Positions 40,331-51,300 of a DNA stretch of 64,000 bases are shown here, piece by piece. Below the pieces are notes generated by a model, which worked only from the letters and a program-made list of their open reading frames with translations, ran no database searches and was not told where the DNA came from. The position numbers were made by a program, and so were the translations under genes. How positions within the stretch are numbered: position 1 is the first letter of the stretch; each line of letters begins with the position of its first letter. Source of the DNA: an uncultured bacterium (GTDB lineage Bacteria; Oederibacteriota; JAAXVQ01; JAUVAV01); NCBI GenBank assembly GCA_963710755.1, contig CAVQBK010000013.1, positions 192,001-256,000 of the forward strand, given 5' to 3'.

Positions 40331-40924
40331 ATGGATCAACTATTGGCCTCTTCCAGTTTCAAATTGGTTATTTTGCCGCTGCTGATCGTGCTGGCCCGCA
40401 TGGCTGATGTGTCGCTGGGCACATTGCGTATCATTTTCATTTCCCGGGGATTTAAACTGTGGGCTACCTTGGTAGGATTCTTCGAGATCACCATCTGGCT
40501 GATGGCCATTACCCAAATTATGAACAATCTTAATAATGTTTATTACTATCTGGCCTATGCCTTCGGCTTTGCCCTGGGCACCTTCATGGGCTTGACCATC
40601 GAAAGCCACTTGGCCATGGGCATGTCTCTAATAAGAATTATTATTCCCTGCGATCAGGCGGGCATCATCGAGGAGATGAAACAATCGGGGTGGGGATTCA
40701 CCTATTTTCCGGCCCATGGGGCCTTCCATCCGGTCAACGTTATCTTTGCCCTGGTCAAGCGCAAACAGATCCCTCATTTTCTGAATCTGCTAAAATCGCA
40801 CTGTCCGGACGCGGTTTATACTATCGAAGACATCCGCACGATCAGCAAGCAGCCCACCCGCTTTCTCCATGAGCGTTTGCCAGCCACTGCCGAGCTGTTT
40901 AAGCGTTCCAGAAAAGGAAAATAA
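40331..40924 (+). CDS. DUF2179/UPF0316 membrane protein
   Basis: ARMADVSLGTLRII, GFFEITIW, AYAFGFALGTFMG. Confidence 0.88.
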   Translation: MDQLLASSSFKLVILPLLIVLARMADVSLGTLRIIFISRGFKLWATLVGFFEITIWLMAITQIMNNLNNVYYYLAYAFGFALGTFMGLTIESHLAMGMSLIRIIIPCDQAGIIEEMKQSGWGFTYFPAHGAFHPVNVIFALVKRKQIPHFLNLLKSHCPDAVYTIEDIRTISKQPTRFLHERLPATAELFKRSRKGK

Positions 40925-40938
40925 GACGCGCCTCCGGG

Positions 40939-42054
40939 TTATAACTTTAGCGGAATCTCCCTGTCCAGCCAGCCCGGATTATCGGCTGTGGGAACGGCGA
41001 ATAATTTTCCGGTGGCCCGCATGTCCTTAGCCTGATGATATTTGAAGAGCAGTTGTTCATTTAATTCGCCTAAAATTTCGATTTTACCGGTCACATGAGA
41101 CATGACATATTTAAAACGTTTGGCATGACCGTCAAGCTGCTGTTTGGCCTTTTCCACGATGTGCAGGCCTTGCCGCAGTGGCAGCTGAAAGTTTTTTTTA
41201 ACCCGACTGACCGGACGGCATTGGAAAAGGTAATAGGGGTTGATCCCGTGCCTGACCAGCGATTTCATCAATGCCGCCAGAATAGAAGGCCGGTCATTGA
41301 CGCCTTTCATCAGCACGGATTGATTGTTGACGATGATGCCGGCCTGCCGCAGACGGCTCACCGCCGCCATGGAAGCAGCGGTAATTTCCCGGGGATGATT
41401 GAAGTGGGTAATAACGTAAAGTTGTTTGCCCTGCTGACTATAGTTGCTCAATAATTTTATCAATCCCCGATCACTGGTAATGCGCTGGGGAAACACCACG
41501 GGGATTTTGCTGCCAAAACGTATATAATCCAAATGAGCGATGGGCAGGAGGTAATCCAGAATAGTCTGGATGTCATGGTTGGGCAGGGTCAAGGGATCGC
41601 CGCCGCTGACCAGCACATTATTGACTTGGCGGTGCTGCTGGATATAGGTCCTGGCCTGGTGCAGGACTTTCTCCAATTGATCATCAGGATAACCAACCCT
41701 GCGTTTGCGAAAGCAGTAGCGACAATAGGCAGCACATTGATTGGTGGTATGCACCAAAACGGTATTATCGTATTTGTGCTGTACATTGGGAGACACGGTA
41801 TTGCTTATTTCTCCGCTGGTGTCATAGGAGCCATCCTGGTCCAGTTCATTAATGGAGGGCATGATCATTTTTTTTATGGGATCCCGTGGATTTTCAGGAT
41901 TAACCAGAGACAGATAATACCTGGTAATACTCATGGGGTGGAGCGCAATGATTTTTTCCAAAGCCATTTTATGATGTCCGGTTGGCCAGCCCGTATTTTT
42001 CAAATCCTCCAGTGAAACCACATTGGCCTTTAATTCGTCTTTCCATAGCGGCAT
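40939..42054 (-). CDS. KamA-family radical SAM protein (lysine 2,3-aminomutase-like)
   Basis: QHKY, CAAYCRYCFRKR, SGGDPL, THFNHPRE, NQSVLMKGVND, PYYLFQ. Confidence 0.92.
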   Translation of the reverse strand: MPLWKDELKANVVSLEDLKNTGWPTGHHKMALEKIIALHPMSITRYYLSLVNPENPRDPIKKMIMPSINELDQDGSYDTSGEISNTVSPNVQHKYDNTVLVHTTNQCAAYCRYCFRKRRVGYPDDQLEKVLHQARTYIQQHRQVNNVLVSGGDPLTLPNHDIQTILDYLLPIAHLDYIRFGSKIPVVFPQRITSDRGLIKLLSNYSQQGKQLYVITHFNHPREITAASMAAVSRLRQAGIIVNNQSVLMKGVNDRPSILAALMKSLVRHGINPYYLFQCRPVSRVKKNFQLPLRQGLHIVEKAKQQLDGHAKRFKYVMSHVTGKIEILGELNEQLLFKYHQAKDMRATGKLFAVPTADNPGWLDREIPLKL

Positions 42055-42126
42055 AGCACCCTTCCTCACCTGTGCTGTTCCTTAAGTACACGAAACAAAC
42101 CACAATTTCATTTCTATGGGAAATTA

Positions 42127-42154
42127 AGTATAGTATTTATGCCTGTTTTGTCAA
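42127..42154 (-). promoter_or_regulatory. Sigma70-type promoter for the kamA-like gene
   Basis: TTGACA-N16-TATACT. Confidence 0.5.
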
Positions 42155-42237
42155 TGCCTGCCGGCCAATAAGCTCCTCCCTGTTTTTTCTTCTTTTTCGC
42201 AGTTCGGCAGTGTAAAATAGCCCATCTTATCTAAAGG

Positions 42238-43095
42238 ATGGCGGCGTCTATGTCTCTGGTGTCATTGATGCTTAAAAAGAAACGTAAGCCTGTCCATATC
42301 GGCCTGGCCCTGGGTGGAGGCGGCGCCCGGGGATTTGCCCACATCGCTTTCTTAAAAGTTCTTGATGATTTGGGACTGCGTCCCACCTTAATCAGCGGCG
42401 CCAGCATGGGTGCCCTGATGGGGGCCCTTTATGCCTCGGGATTGAGTGGCCGGGAAATCGAACGGACCGTCAAGGAACTAAATCTGGTGGATATGATCAC
42501 CTTGGTGGACGTGTCCTGGCATACCCCCCGGGGTCTGATCAAGGGCGAAAAAATCACCAAAACCATCAGCACCCTGATCCGCAATAAAAATTTCGAAGAT
42601 CTGGACATTCCGCTCAAGGTGGTCGCCACCGACTTTTGGGATCGCAAAGAAGTGGTATATGACAAGGGTAATGTAGCCCAAGCCATCCGGGCCAGTATTT
42701 CCATACCCGCGGTGTTTGAGCCGGTGGTGATCAACAACACCTTAATGATGGACGGCGGCCTGGTCAATTCCCTACCCTACGAAATGCTGCGCGAGACTTG
42801 CGATCTTACCATTGCTATCAATGTGGTCGGCGACAAGCTCCCCAAAGCGGACAAACGGGAAAAACCAAAATTTTTCGAGGCCTTGCTCAGTGCTTTTGAA
42901 ATCTACGAAGCCGCGGCCATTGAAAACAAGCTTCATCATGCTCAACCGGACATCTATATCAAACCTGAAATTAAAAACATCGATTTATTGGATTTTCATC
43001 TCATTGATGAAATCATTGACGGCGTCAAGAAGGACGCCCAGGCCTTCAAGCAACAGTTGACCGCCTATCTGCAACTCGAGGCCAGTGAAGGCTAA
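42238..43095 (+). CDS. Patatin-like phospholipase (RssA family)
   Basis: LGGGGARG, GASMG, DGG. Confidence 0.93.
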   Translation: MAASMSLVSLMLKKKRKPVHIGLALGGGGARGFAHIAFLKVLDDLGLRPTLISGASMGALMGALYASGLSGREIERTVKELNLVDMITLVDVSWHTPRGLIKGEKITKTISTLIRNKNFEDLDIPLKVVATDFWDRKEVVYDKGNVAQAIRASISIPAVFEPVVINNTLMMDGGLVNSLPYEMLRETCDLTIAINVVGDKLPKADKREKPKFFEALLSAFEIYEAAAIENKLHHAQPDIYIKPEIKNIDLLDFHLIDEIIDGVKKDAQAFKQQLTAYLQLEASEG

Positions 43096-43102
43096 CCAAA
43101 AT

Positions 43103-44560
43103 TTACAGCAAGGGCGTCAGAAGACGAGCCAGGGAATGACCCAGCCGCTTGATCGTGCTTATTTTCTTGTAGGCTGAGGGGGTCAGGATGCAAGCCTGCT
43201 TTGCGTCAATTAAAAACTGATGTTCCAACGTCCGGCTCAGCGTCTTGTCATAAATCAGAATATTTAATTCATAATTCAAACTGAAACTGCGCATGTCCAC
43301 ATTGGCGGTACCCACTGAGCACAGCTCGCCGTCAATGCTGATGGTCTTGGCATGAAGAAATCCGGCCTGATAATGATAAACACGCACTCCCGCCCGCAGT
43401 AAATCTTCAAAATAGGTAAATGCCGACCAATAGGGCAGCAGTTTATCCGGTTGTCCGGTGACCATCAGGCGTACATCCAGGCCTCGCAAAGCAGCCGTTT
43501 TTAGGGCCATGAAGATACTGGGATCAGGAATAAAATAAGGTGTCTGGATAAAAACCCTTTTTTGGGCCGCATTGATCAGGGAAAAAAACATCTGGGTGAT
43601 GGAGGGCCAGCGCGCATCAGGTCCGGAGGTAATAATCTGCAGTATTTTTTCTTTTTTAGTTTTTTCAATGATGGCCGGTTGCTTGGGCGTTAGGATTAGT
43701 TCATGGGTGGTGTTGTACCAATCAATGGCAAAAATGATTTCTAAAAGCCGCACGGCCTGACCTTGAAGGCGCAGATGGGTGTCGCGCCAAAGATCGAATT
43801 TCTTGCCGCCATTAATATATTCCATGCCCATATTCATTCCGCCCGTAAACCCGACTCGGCCGTCGATGACCACGATTTTACGGTGGTTACGATAATTGAT
43901 GGTGTGGAACGTCACCAGAGACATAAAATTGTAGAATTTATAGATTTCAATGCCAGCTTGCCGCAACGCTCTGATGTATTTTCTTTTAAGCAGGAAACTA
44001 CCGAAAGAATCGGTAAGGATTTTGATTTTAACCCCTTCCCCGGCCTTTTTAATCAATGCGTCCTTGATGAGTTCGGTCAGGGAATCGTTGCGCCAAATAA
44101 AATACTCAATAAATATGTACTGCTTGGCGGCTTTAATATCTTTGATCAATTGGGAAAATTTATAGTGGCCGGAAAAATAAAAAACAACATCCTCCGCGCT
44201 GGTCAACAAGGCATCGGAATTCTGATAAAAGAGCTCCACCAGTTCATTTTTATATTTAGGCAGGCGCCAGCGTTGCTTGAGCGATTTGGCCAGGCGCTCA
44301 TGACGTTGGACCAAAGGTGCCATAATATCCTTAAGTATGCCCTCACCCAAATGATAGTCGATCTGATGATTTCTTTTCTTTTTGCGCCAATTGCGCCCGG
44401 CGAAAATATAAACCACAAATCCAACCAGAGGCAGGAAAACAAAAACTAAAATCCAGGCCAGTGTGGAGGAGACCTCCCGATTGTCCAACAACAGGTAAAT
44501 GGTGGTGATCATGAGGTAAATGTATAGAACGATAAGGATCACCACCATCACGTCGTACAT
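43103..44560 (-). CDS. cls: Cardiolipin synthase
   Basis: Two N-terminal TM helices; two HKD motifs (NHRKIVVID, LHAKTISID). Confidence 0.95.
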   Translation of the reverse strand: MYDVMVVILIVLYIYLMITTIYLLLDNREVSSTLAWILVFVFLPLVGFVVYIFAGRNWRKKKRNHQIDYHLGEGILKDIMAPLVQRHERLAKSLKQRWRLPKYKNELVELFYQNSDALLTSAEDVVFYFSGHYKFSQLIKDIKAAKQYIFIEYFIWRNDSLTELIKDALIKKAGEGVKIKILTDSFGSFLLKRKYIRALRQAGIEIYKFYNFMSLVTFHTINYRNHRKIVVIDGRVGFTGGMNMGMEYINGGKKFDLWRDTHLRLQGQAVRLLEIIFAIDWYNTTHELILTPKQPAIIEKTKKEKILQIITSGPDARWPSITQMFFSLINAAQKRVFIQTPYFIPDPSIFMALKTAALRGLDVRLMVTGQPDKLLPYWSAFTYFEDLLRAGVRVYHYQAGFLHAKTISIDGELCSVGTANVDMRSFSLNYELNILIYDKTLSRTLEHQFLIDAKQACILTPSAYKKISTIKRLGHSLARLLTPLL

Positions 44561-44729
44561 AAGCAGGCTCCTCGCTGTTTTTTAGACTAAGGCGCCTCTT
44601 ATTGTACATGAGCTGCCTATGGTTGGGTAATAATTTTCCCCTCCCCGCCCTCTTGTCTAACACGCCAAATCGCCTTTGGCTTGCCGCTATATGACCGGGC
44701 TGGCAGGTTGGACGGTGGCCCATGACGTC

Positions 44730-45161
44730 TTACACGCAGTAAATTCTGACCTTGTCATTCTCATCGTTGACTTCCACGGTCATTTCCCCCAAAGCGTTAA
44801 TAAGCTCTTCCAAATTCTCCGGTTTGAGATTGTCAAAATCATATCCCAGCCCCTGTTCGGACAAAGCTTGGTTGACTTTTCCCTTTACATGGGCGGGCAA
44901 CAGGGATGCCAATTTAACCCCTGCGCGCAGGACCTGAAAAGGCACCCGTATATTGACTTTCTCAACTTCCTTCCCTTGCGGGTCCACCTCATGCACATTG
45001 ACCATTAAATAATGAAATTTTGCTTTAGTCCCCGGCGTAGCGACCGGTGAAGAGGTGGGGATGGGTTCCTCTTTTAGTGCCTTCAACAACTTTTCCGCGT
45101 CGTCGACAGCAATTTTACCTTGTTGCAGCATTTCTAAAATCTTGTGCGTTTCCTGTGACAT
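44730..45161 (-). CDS. SHOCT-like domain protein (DUF2089-associated)
   Basis: KILEMLQQGKIAVDDAEKLL, KVNIRVP; AGGAGG RBS. Confidence 0.85.
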   Translation of the reverse strand: MSQETHKILEMLQQGKIAVDDAEKLLKALKEEPIPTSSPVATPGTKAKFHYLMVNVHEVDPQGKEVEKVNIRVPFQVLRAGVKLASLLPAHVKGKVNQALSEQGLGYDFDNLKPENLEELINALGEMTVEVNDENDKVRIYCV

Positions 45162-45172
45162 GATACACCTCC

Positions 45173-45454
45173 TTATGCAATAACCAGCTGAACTTGATCT
45201 TTGCCATTCACATTGATGGATAATCCTTTTAAGGAACACAACAACAAGTACAAGGCCATGGGCCAACTCAACTGCTTTCTGCCTTTGGATGTCCAAACCG
45301 CCCAGGGCAGAAACAGGAGCCAGAAGACCAGCATCACCGCTGCCACTAACAAGAGCAACGGCCACAGCACCACAAATAAGGGAAGCCACAAGGCAAACCC
45401 TCTTTGATTACGTCTCTTGATTTTTAACCAAAAGACCGCCGGCGGAATCATCAT
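45173..45454 (-). CDS. Small membrane protein
   Basis: LWLPLFVVLWPLLLL TM segment; ATGA overlap with the DUF2089 gene. Confidence 0.75.
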   Translation of the reverse strand: MMIPPAVFWLKIKRRNQRGFALWLPLFVVLWPLLLLVAAVMLVFWLLFLPWAVWTSKGRKQLSWPMALYLLLCSLKGLSINVNGKDQVQLVIA

Positions 45455-45813
45455 GAGCTCATCCTCTCCAAGGCTTCCTCAACCGTTAACTCCCCGCGCT
45501 CCAATTGTTCCAGAATACTGAGCTGCCCTTCTTCCTTGTCCACTTTCACAAAGTCGAAGGCTTTGCCCAGCCGGTTAAGCCTGTTTTTAATGGTGGGATA
45601 GCTTACCCCAAAAAGCTGCTCCATCTGTTTGATGGACCCATGGGTTTTAATAAATGCGGCCACAAATATTTGATCATCAAGCGCCAGCTTCGCCAGTGCC
45701 GGCAATTCAAACCGGCCTTCCACATGAATATCCCGAGCCGGCAAATGGACCCGCTCAATAATAATCTCGCCCTGCTCACTTAATTGAACCAAGGTCTGCC
45801 ATCCTTTAGCCAT
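45451..45813 (-). CDS. DUF2089 family HTH protein
   Basis: FIKTHGSIKQMEQLFGVSYPTIKNRL; C-terminal ILEQLERGELTVEEAL. Confidence 0.9.
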   Translation of the reverse strand: MAKGWQTLVQLSEQGEIIIERVHLPARDIHVEGRFELPALAKLALDDQIFVAAFIKTHGSIKQMEQLFGVSYPTIKNRLNRLGKAFDFVKVDKEEGQLSILEQLERGELTVEEALERMSS

Positions 45814-46266
45814 AACGACCACCGCCTTTAACTTTGTACCTCTATAATACAAATTATATTAATTATATTCAATATTTAAATTAATATAATTAATATTTAT
45901 TTGATTTATTATTAATTAAATTGATTTTATTCCTAAAAGTTCCCAACACCCTCCGGAGATGGTAGCCCAAGATTTTTCTTGGCTTGGCCTGCGAACCCCA
46001 GCCTCACCATTTCAGCGCAAGCATATAAAAACCATCAAATCCTTTTTCCGGTCCTCTGCCTTTTAGACCTTCTCCAAATAAAAAGTGCCATACTTTTCCA
46101 TTAAAAAAACATCAACTGCAAAAAATATTTACAGAAGAAACGACCTAAACTGGCGACGCTAAACAGGTGTGGGAATATCGGATAACAGCAGGAATTAAAT
46201 TTCAGGAAAAGCGAGGATCGTTAATAAGGTTATTCAGACAGGTCAGCCAAACCGTGCAACCTTTGC

Positions 46267-47382
46267 TTACTCAGCCTCCCTCGTATGTTTTTTATCGCGA
46301 ATGAGTTTGGCGCTGCGCTTGTACCCTTTTTCCAAGCGCTTTTTGCGTTGCTTTTCAGCCAACACCGCATGGTCATTTAAGCGCGATTCAAGATAGTGCT
46401 GTTCTTTTAGCATTTTAAGATAATTTTCATAACGTTTGGCAGACAAGGCACCCGCTTCCACTGCCGCCTTGACGGCACATTTGGTTTCGCTGATGTGACG
46501 ACAATCGGAAAAATAACATTCGGAGGCTAAAGCCTCGATGTCTCCAAAAGTTTCTTTAATCCCTTCATCAACATCCCAGATTTGCAGTTCCCGCATACCC
46601 GGCGTGTCAATAAGAATTCCACCGCCGGGCAGGGCTATCATTTCCCTTCTGGTGGTGGCATGGCGTCCTTTGGAATCCGCAGCCCGCACTTCCAGGGTGG
46701 TTTGTAAGTCACGGCCGCAAAGGCCATTGATCAACGAGGACTTGCCCACGCCCGACGACCCTACCAAGGCATAGGATGAGCCGGGCTGTATGAATGCCTT
46801 CAACTCATCCAACCCCTGCTCTGTCAAACAGCTGGTTAAAAAAACCGGCACCCGGCCGGCAATAGTTTCAACCTCCTTCTGATGGAAATTCGCCTCGCCA
46901 TCCAAATCGCATTTGTTTAAGATAATCGCAGCCGTCATACCACCTTCGTAAATCATGGGCAGGTATCGTTCCATGCGGCGCAAATTATAATTGTCATCCA
47001 GGCCCTGCACGATAAAGACCGTATCCAGGTTGGCGGCTATAATCTGTTCTTCCACCCGTTGGCCCGCAATTTTTCGGGAAAGGGTTGTTCGTCTGGGCAA
47101 CAAGGCATGAATAATGCACTTTTGTTCGCCCGGCACCATGGTGATCACCACCCAATCGCCCACTTTGGGTAGTGCGCTTTGATCTTTGGCGTGAAAGAGC
47201 AATTTGCCGCTGGCTTCAGCCAACATTTCGCCCTGGACCGTATGCACAAGGTAGAAGTTATTGAATTCGATGCCGATACGGCCGACGCTCCTATTCAGAG
47301 CAACAGGCCTATCCGCCAGGGCGGTTTGAAAAAAATCAGACCACCCCAGCGCCTGCAAGGTTGTACTCGGCGCTTTATTCAT
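46267..47382 (-). CDS. rsgA: Ribosome small subunit-dependent GTPase A
   Basis: VGDWV, LNKCD, GSSGVGKS, GRHATT, DTPGMR, CYFSDCRH..E..C. Confidence 0.95.
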   Translation of the reverse strand: MNKAPSTTLQALGWSDFFQTALADRPVALNRSVGRIGIEFNNFYLVHTVQGEMLAEASGKLLFHAKDQSALPKVGDWVVITMVPGEQKCIIHALLPRRTTLSRKIAGQRVEEQIIAANLDTVFIVQGLDDNYNLRRMERYLPMIYEGGMTAAIILNKCDLDGEANFHQKEVETIAGRVPVFLTSCLTEQGLDELKAFIQPGSSYALVGSSGVGKSSLINGLCGRDLQTTLEVRAADSKGRHATTRREMIALPGGGILIDTPGMRELQIWDVDEGIKETFGDIEALASECYFSDCRHISETKCAVKAAVEAGALSAKRYENYLKMLKEQHYLESRLNDHAVLAEKQRKKRLEKGYKRSAKLIRDKKHTREAE

Positions 47383-47481
47383 CTTCTCCTCGTTGGCATG
47401 CCATGCCCTTCCCTCTTCCATTAAACCAGCGTCCTTTTGTTATTGGCCTTTTAAAATCAAAAGTGTTTCTTTAAACGCCTC

Positions 47482-47510
47482 AGCATAGCGGCTCGCCCTG
47501 CTTTCGTCAA
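47482..47510 (-). promoter_or_regulatory. Sigma70-type promoter for rsgA
   Basis: TTGACG-N17-TATGCT. Confidence 0.55.
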
Positions 47511-47558
47511 GAACGGTATTTTATTCCGCACCCTCTCGGATCAAGCACTCTTTTAAAT

Positions 47559-47590
47559 AAAAAAAGCCTGCCAGGCTACCCTGGCAGGCT
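47559..47590 (-). terminator. Rho-independent terminator of hsp20
   Basis: 11-bp stem agcctgccagg/cctggcaggct followed by T7 on the minus strand. Confidence 0.88.
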
Positions 47591-47601
47591 GCACACTTGG
47601 G

Positions 47602-48048
47602 TTAATGAACCTGAATTTGTTTGGTTTTGGCCTCTTCGGCTTTGGGCACCAACAGCTTCAGAATACCGTCTTTGTATTCCGCCTTGATGTCTTCAGCTTT
47701 GATCTGACCAGGAAGCCGGAAACTGCGGCTAAAGCTGCCGTATACCCGTTCCGAGCAATAGCTGTTCTCCTCTTTGCTTTCTTTTTCTTCCTTTTTCTCA
47801 CCATGAATGGTCAAGACATCGTTGTGCAATTCCACTTTAAAATCATCTTTACCGATGCCGGGCATTTCCATTTCAATGTGATAACCATCTTTGGTTTCAT
47901 TGATATCCGTTACCGGCATCAATGCCATCCGCTCTTCTCTCTCACGCTCCCTGTTGAGAAAAGGCCATCCAAATGCATTGAATAAATCGTCAAAATCTCT
48001 TTCTACCCTGCCAAGTCCTCTGTTCGGTTGCCATCTTGAGATTGCCAT
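47602..48048 (-). CDS. Hsp20/alpha-crystallin small heat shock protein
   Basis: EMPGI, ERVYGSFSRSFRLP, AEYKDGILKL; AAGGAGG RBS. Confidence 0.95.
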   Translation of the reverse strand: MAISRWQPNRGLGRVERDFDDLFNAFGWPFLNREREREERMALMPVTDINETKDGYHIEMEMPGIGKDDFKVELHNDVLTIHGEKKEEKESKEENSYCSERVYGSFSRSFRLPGQIKAEDIKAEYKDGILKLLVPKAEEAKTKQIQVH

Positions 48049-48097
48049 TTTAATTGCCTCCTTGTGAATGCTTCCCATCAATCCCGCTAAATATCAA

Positions 48098-48114
48098 AGC
48101 ATAAGGCGTGCCAA
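48098..48114 (-). promoter_or_regulatory. Sigma54 promoter of hsp20
   Basis: TTGGCACGCCTTATGCT, near-consensus -24/-12. Confidence 0.75.
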
Positions 48115-48340
48115 AAATGGGGTTAACCTGTCACGAGAAGTTTATAAAAAACGTTTATTTTCAAATAGTTTCAGTGCGGTACAAACACGGAAAGGAGGCA
48201 AAGTAGGAGCTTTGATTTATTTTTTTCAAATTGAAACAGAACCATTAAACGATTAAACAGTTGAACCCTTACCGCGGTTATTTCCTTTTACTTCCAGGTC
48301 AGTTACAACTACCTCGGATCAACTTCGAAGCCTGAGCTGT

Positions 48341-51300
48341 TTATTTGATGATGGCCACTTTTCCTATTTTTTGTGGATAGCCTTTATTTTGTTTATATAA
48401 AATGAGTTGATAGAGATAAATCCCAGGCGCTACTCGAGATGAAGACCAGGTAAGGGCTTGGGCTGGATGGTTTTCTTCGATCGTTGCGATTAAGTCGCCA
48501 TGCATATTATAAAAACGAACCATGGCCTTATCACAGCCGGGTTCATCCCAGGCAATGGTGACTTGGTCTTTGGCCGGATTAGGAAAAGCGATGATGTGCT
48601 TACCCTTCAAATGGGTGAAATAACTATAGGTTGGTGTGTATGTTAGCGTCGTACTGGGTACTTGGGTAGGCGTGGTGGTGATGGTTGGGGTAATGGTAGC
48701 CGTAGGAGTGCTGGGAGAAATTTGATCCAAGTCATAGGCATAGGCACTGCCACCGGCAAAGGCAATATCACTATCATAATCAGCGCCGATAACCAAATCA
48801 TTGCCAACTAAATCAACAGCACTACCGAAACTATCCCCAAAAGCACCCATGGGAACACCGGCATCACCATCGCTAGCCTCCAAGTCAGCATAATGCAACC
48901 ATTGCCCGTTAGAGTATTGATAAAGGTAGGCAATGCCTTTGGAGTAATGATGGGAGGGGTTGCCCAAGAGAACATGGTCGCCGTCAATAGCGATGCTCTC
49001 GATGTCCTTGGCAACAATGGTTTTTATTAATACCCAATGGCTATTCTGATACTCATAGATATAGACCTTTTGATTCGATTTTACCACCATACGATCTTGA
49101 TCACAGTCCACCAAACTGCCAAAATGATAACTGTCATCATTGGCATTAAGTTTTGCCGTTTCGGACCATTGATCAGCATTCAATTCGAATACGTAAAGAC
49201 GCCCTTTCATATAATCATCATGGCCGGGGGCGCCGACGATCAGGCGATTTCCGGACAAGACCATGCTCGTGCCAAAGGCATCCCCGAATTGACCATCCGA
49301 TGAACCCAGTTTGGAGTGAAACAGCCATTGACTGCCTGATTTTTTATAAACATAAACCGCGCCCGGTTTCGGATTGTCTTGAAAAGAGTGTTCCGGTGCG
49401 CCAACAAAGGCATAGGTATCATTGAGCGCAACCGCAGCACCGAATGCTCCCGGTCCTCCGGGATCATCCTGGGTTAACCGAGCTTCTTCAATCCAACTGG
49501 TGTCATTTTTAGCATAAATGAACTCAGCCAGCATGATGTGATCCTCATGAATGGTAACACTTGCATAATTATAACCATTAGCACCGTCAAATACATGTTG
49601 CTGTCTCCAGCGGTTGCCGTCGTTTATAAATAAATGTTGTCTAAATCCCTCGTGTTCAGAAACCACCAGGTATTGATTTGAGAGGGTCACCACACTGCCA
49701 AACATGCTGGTATGACCATTTTTTCCGTATAATTTGTTGGACACTATTGGTTCGGTGGACATTTCCAGGTTATAATTCAACACTGCGGAGCTGTCAGGGG
49801 TGTAAATTTTTAAATAATAGTCCCCCCCCTGGTCAAAGGTTGCGACCAGATTTACATTTTTGTAATCCGTGTATTGCCCGGTCTCAATCAAGGCATCATT
49901 AAGTTCAGCGTCGTAGAGTTGCGCCATGATTTTCCCGCCCATTTGTAGTGTGCTGATCTTGGCAGTAATTTTTATGGGAAGTTGATCGACGGTGAATTTG
50001 ATCCAATCAACATCACCGGCAGGCACCAGGTTATGGTTGGACTGAGACCCGTTAAGGCTGATCACGCTGGCTTGGCCGGCATCATTGTCGGATTCATAAG
50101 CATCAGCGGATACCACCGTAACCGGTCCGGTACTGTAGCTGACCCGGGGGGCGTCAATTTGATTGTCCATCACGACATAAATATAATACTGTCCCGGCGG
50201 CACTGTCGAAACATCCCATAAATAATGATCGTTTTCGTCATTTTCCGACAGCCCGCTTACTATTAAGGTGCCGTCCTGTCCTTGGTTATCATTGTCATAG
50301 TAAAGTGAGATAGCGGCATCAGCCTTGGGATCTTCATCGGCCCATTTAATATCATATGATCCATAGGCATAGTCCTGCCTGCCATTGGGTTGCAACAAGC
50401 CCAGGTAGCTGTCCGCCAAATAAATACCGGCCTGCGAAAAGGCTTGGACTACGGCGGGCGTGGAATAACCCAGATCAGCAGTGGCCTCCAATACGCCCAG
50501 CGCGCCTTCCCGGAAATCCGTGTATTCCGTCCAGTAATATTGATTAGCCCGCAAAAAGATATCAAAGGCTTTTTTTACATCCCAGCCCGGCGAAGTTGAG
50601 ATGAGGTAAAAAACCTTGTTGTAGATGCCGCTGCTGTAATGAACATTCATGGCATCATGGTATTCGGCAACGTGATCAATAGATTGGCCGTCTCGAGGCG
50701 GATCCGCCATATAACGTAATGCTTGGCCGCTTTTGACAATGTCGGCGCCAACGAGAAAATCCGTTTGGCCAAAAACATAATATTTAGCCGCTTCACCTGC
50801 CATATCGGAGAAGGATTCATTAATCCCGCCCGATTGGCCGGAATACCATAAATCCGAATAACGCTGGGTAAAGCCATGGCTGGCTTCATGAGCCACGACA
50901 TCCAAGCTGATTAAGGGATAAAATTGTTTGTGGCCATCACCAAAATTGAGCTTTTTGCCATCCCAATAAGCATTTTCATAATCGATCAATAAATGAACGC
51001 CCAAATATAATTTACCTTCTACCGGGGTGGTATTAAACCAAGTCTGATACATCTCATAAATCTTGGTCCCAAAGTAATGGGCATCATTGAGAGGGGCGTA
51101 AGCGCCATTGATAAATTGGAAGGTGTTTCTGGTCCCCAAGAAACTATAACCCGGCTTGCTTGTATCAAACGAATAGTCATGATCAACATTAAAGGTTTTT
51201 ACCTGATCAGTGGCTAAGGTGGAGGTAACATCGATAATTTTTATATCCAGATGATCACGATCGTTCCCGTACTCGTATTGACCGGTCTTCTCATTCCCGC

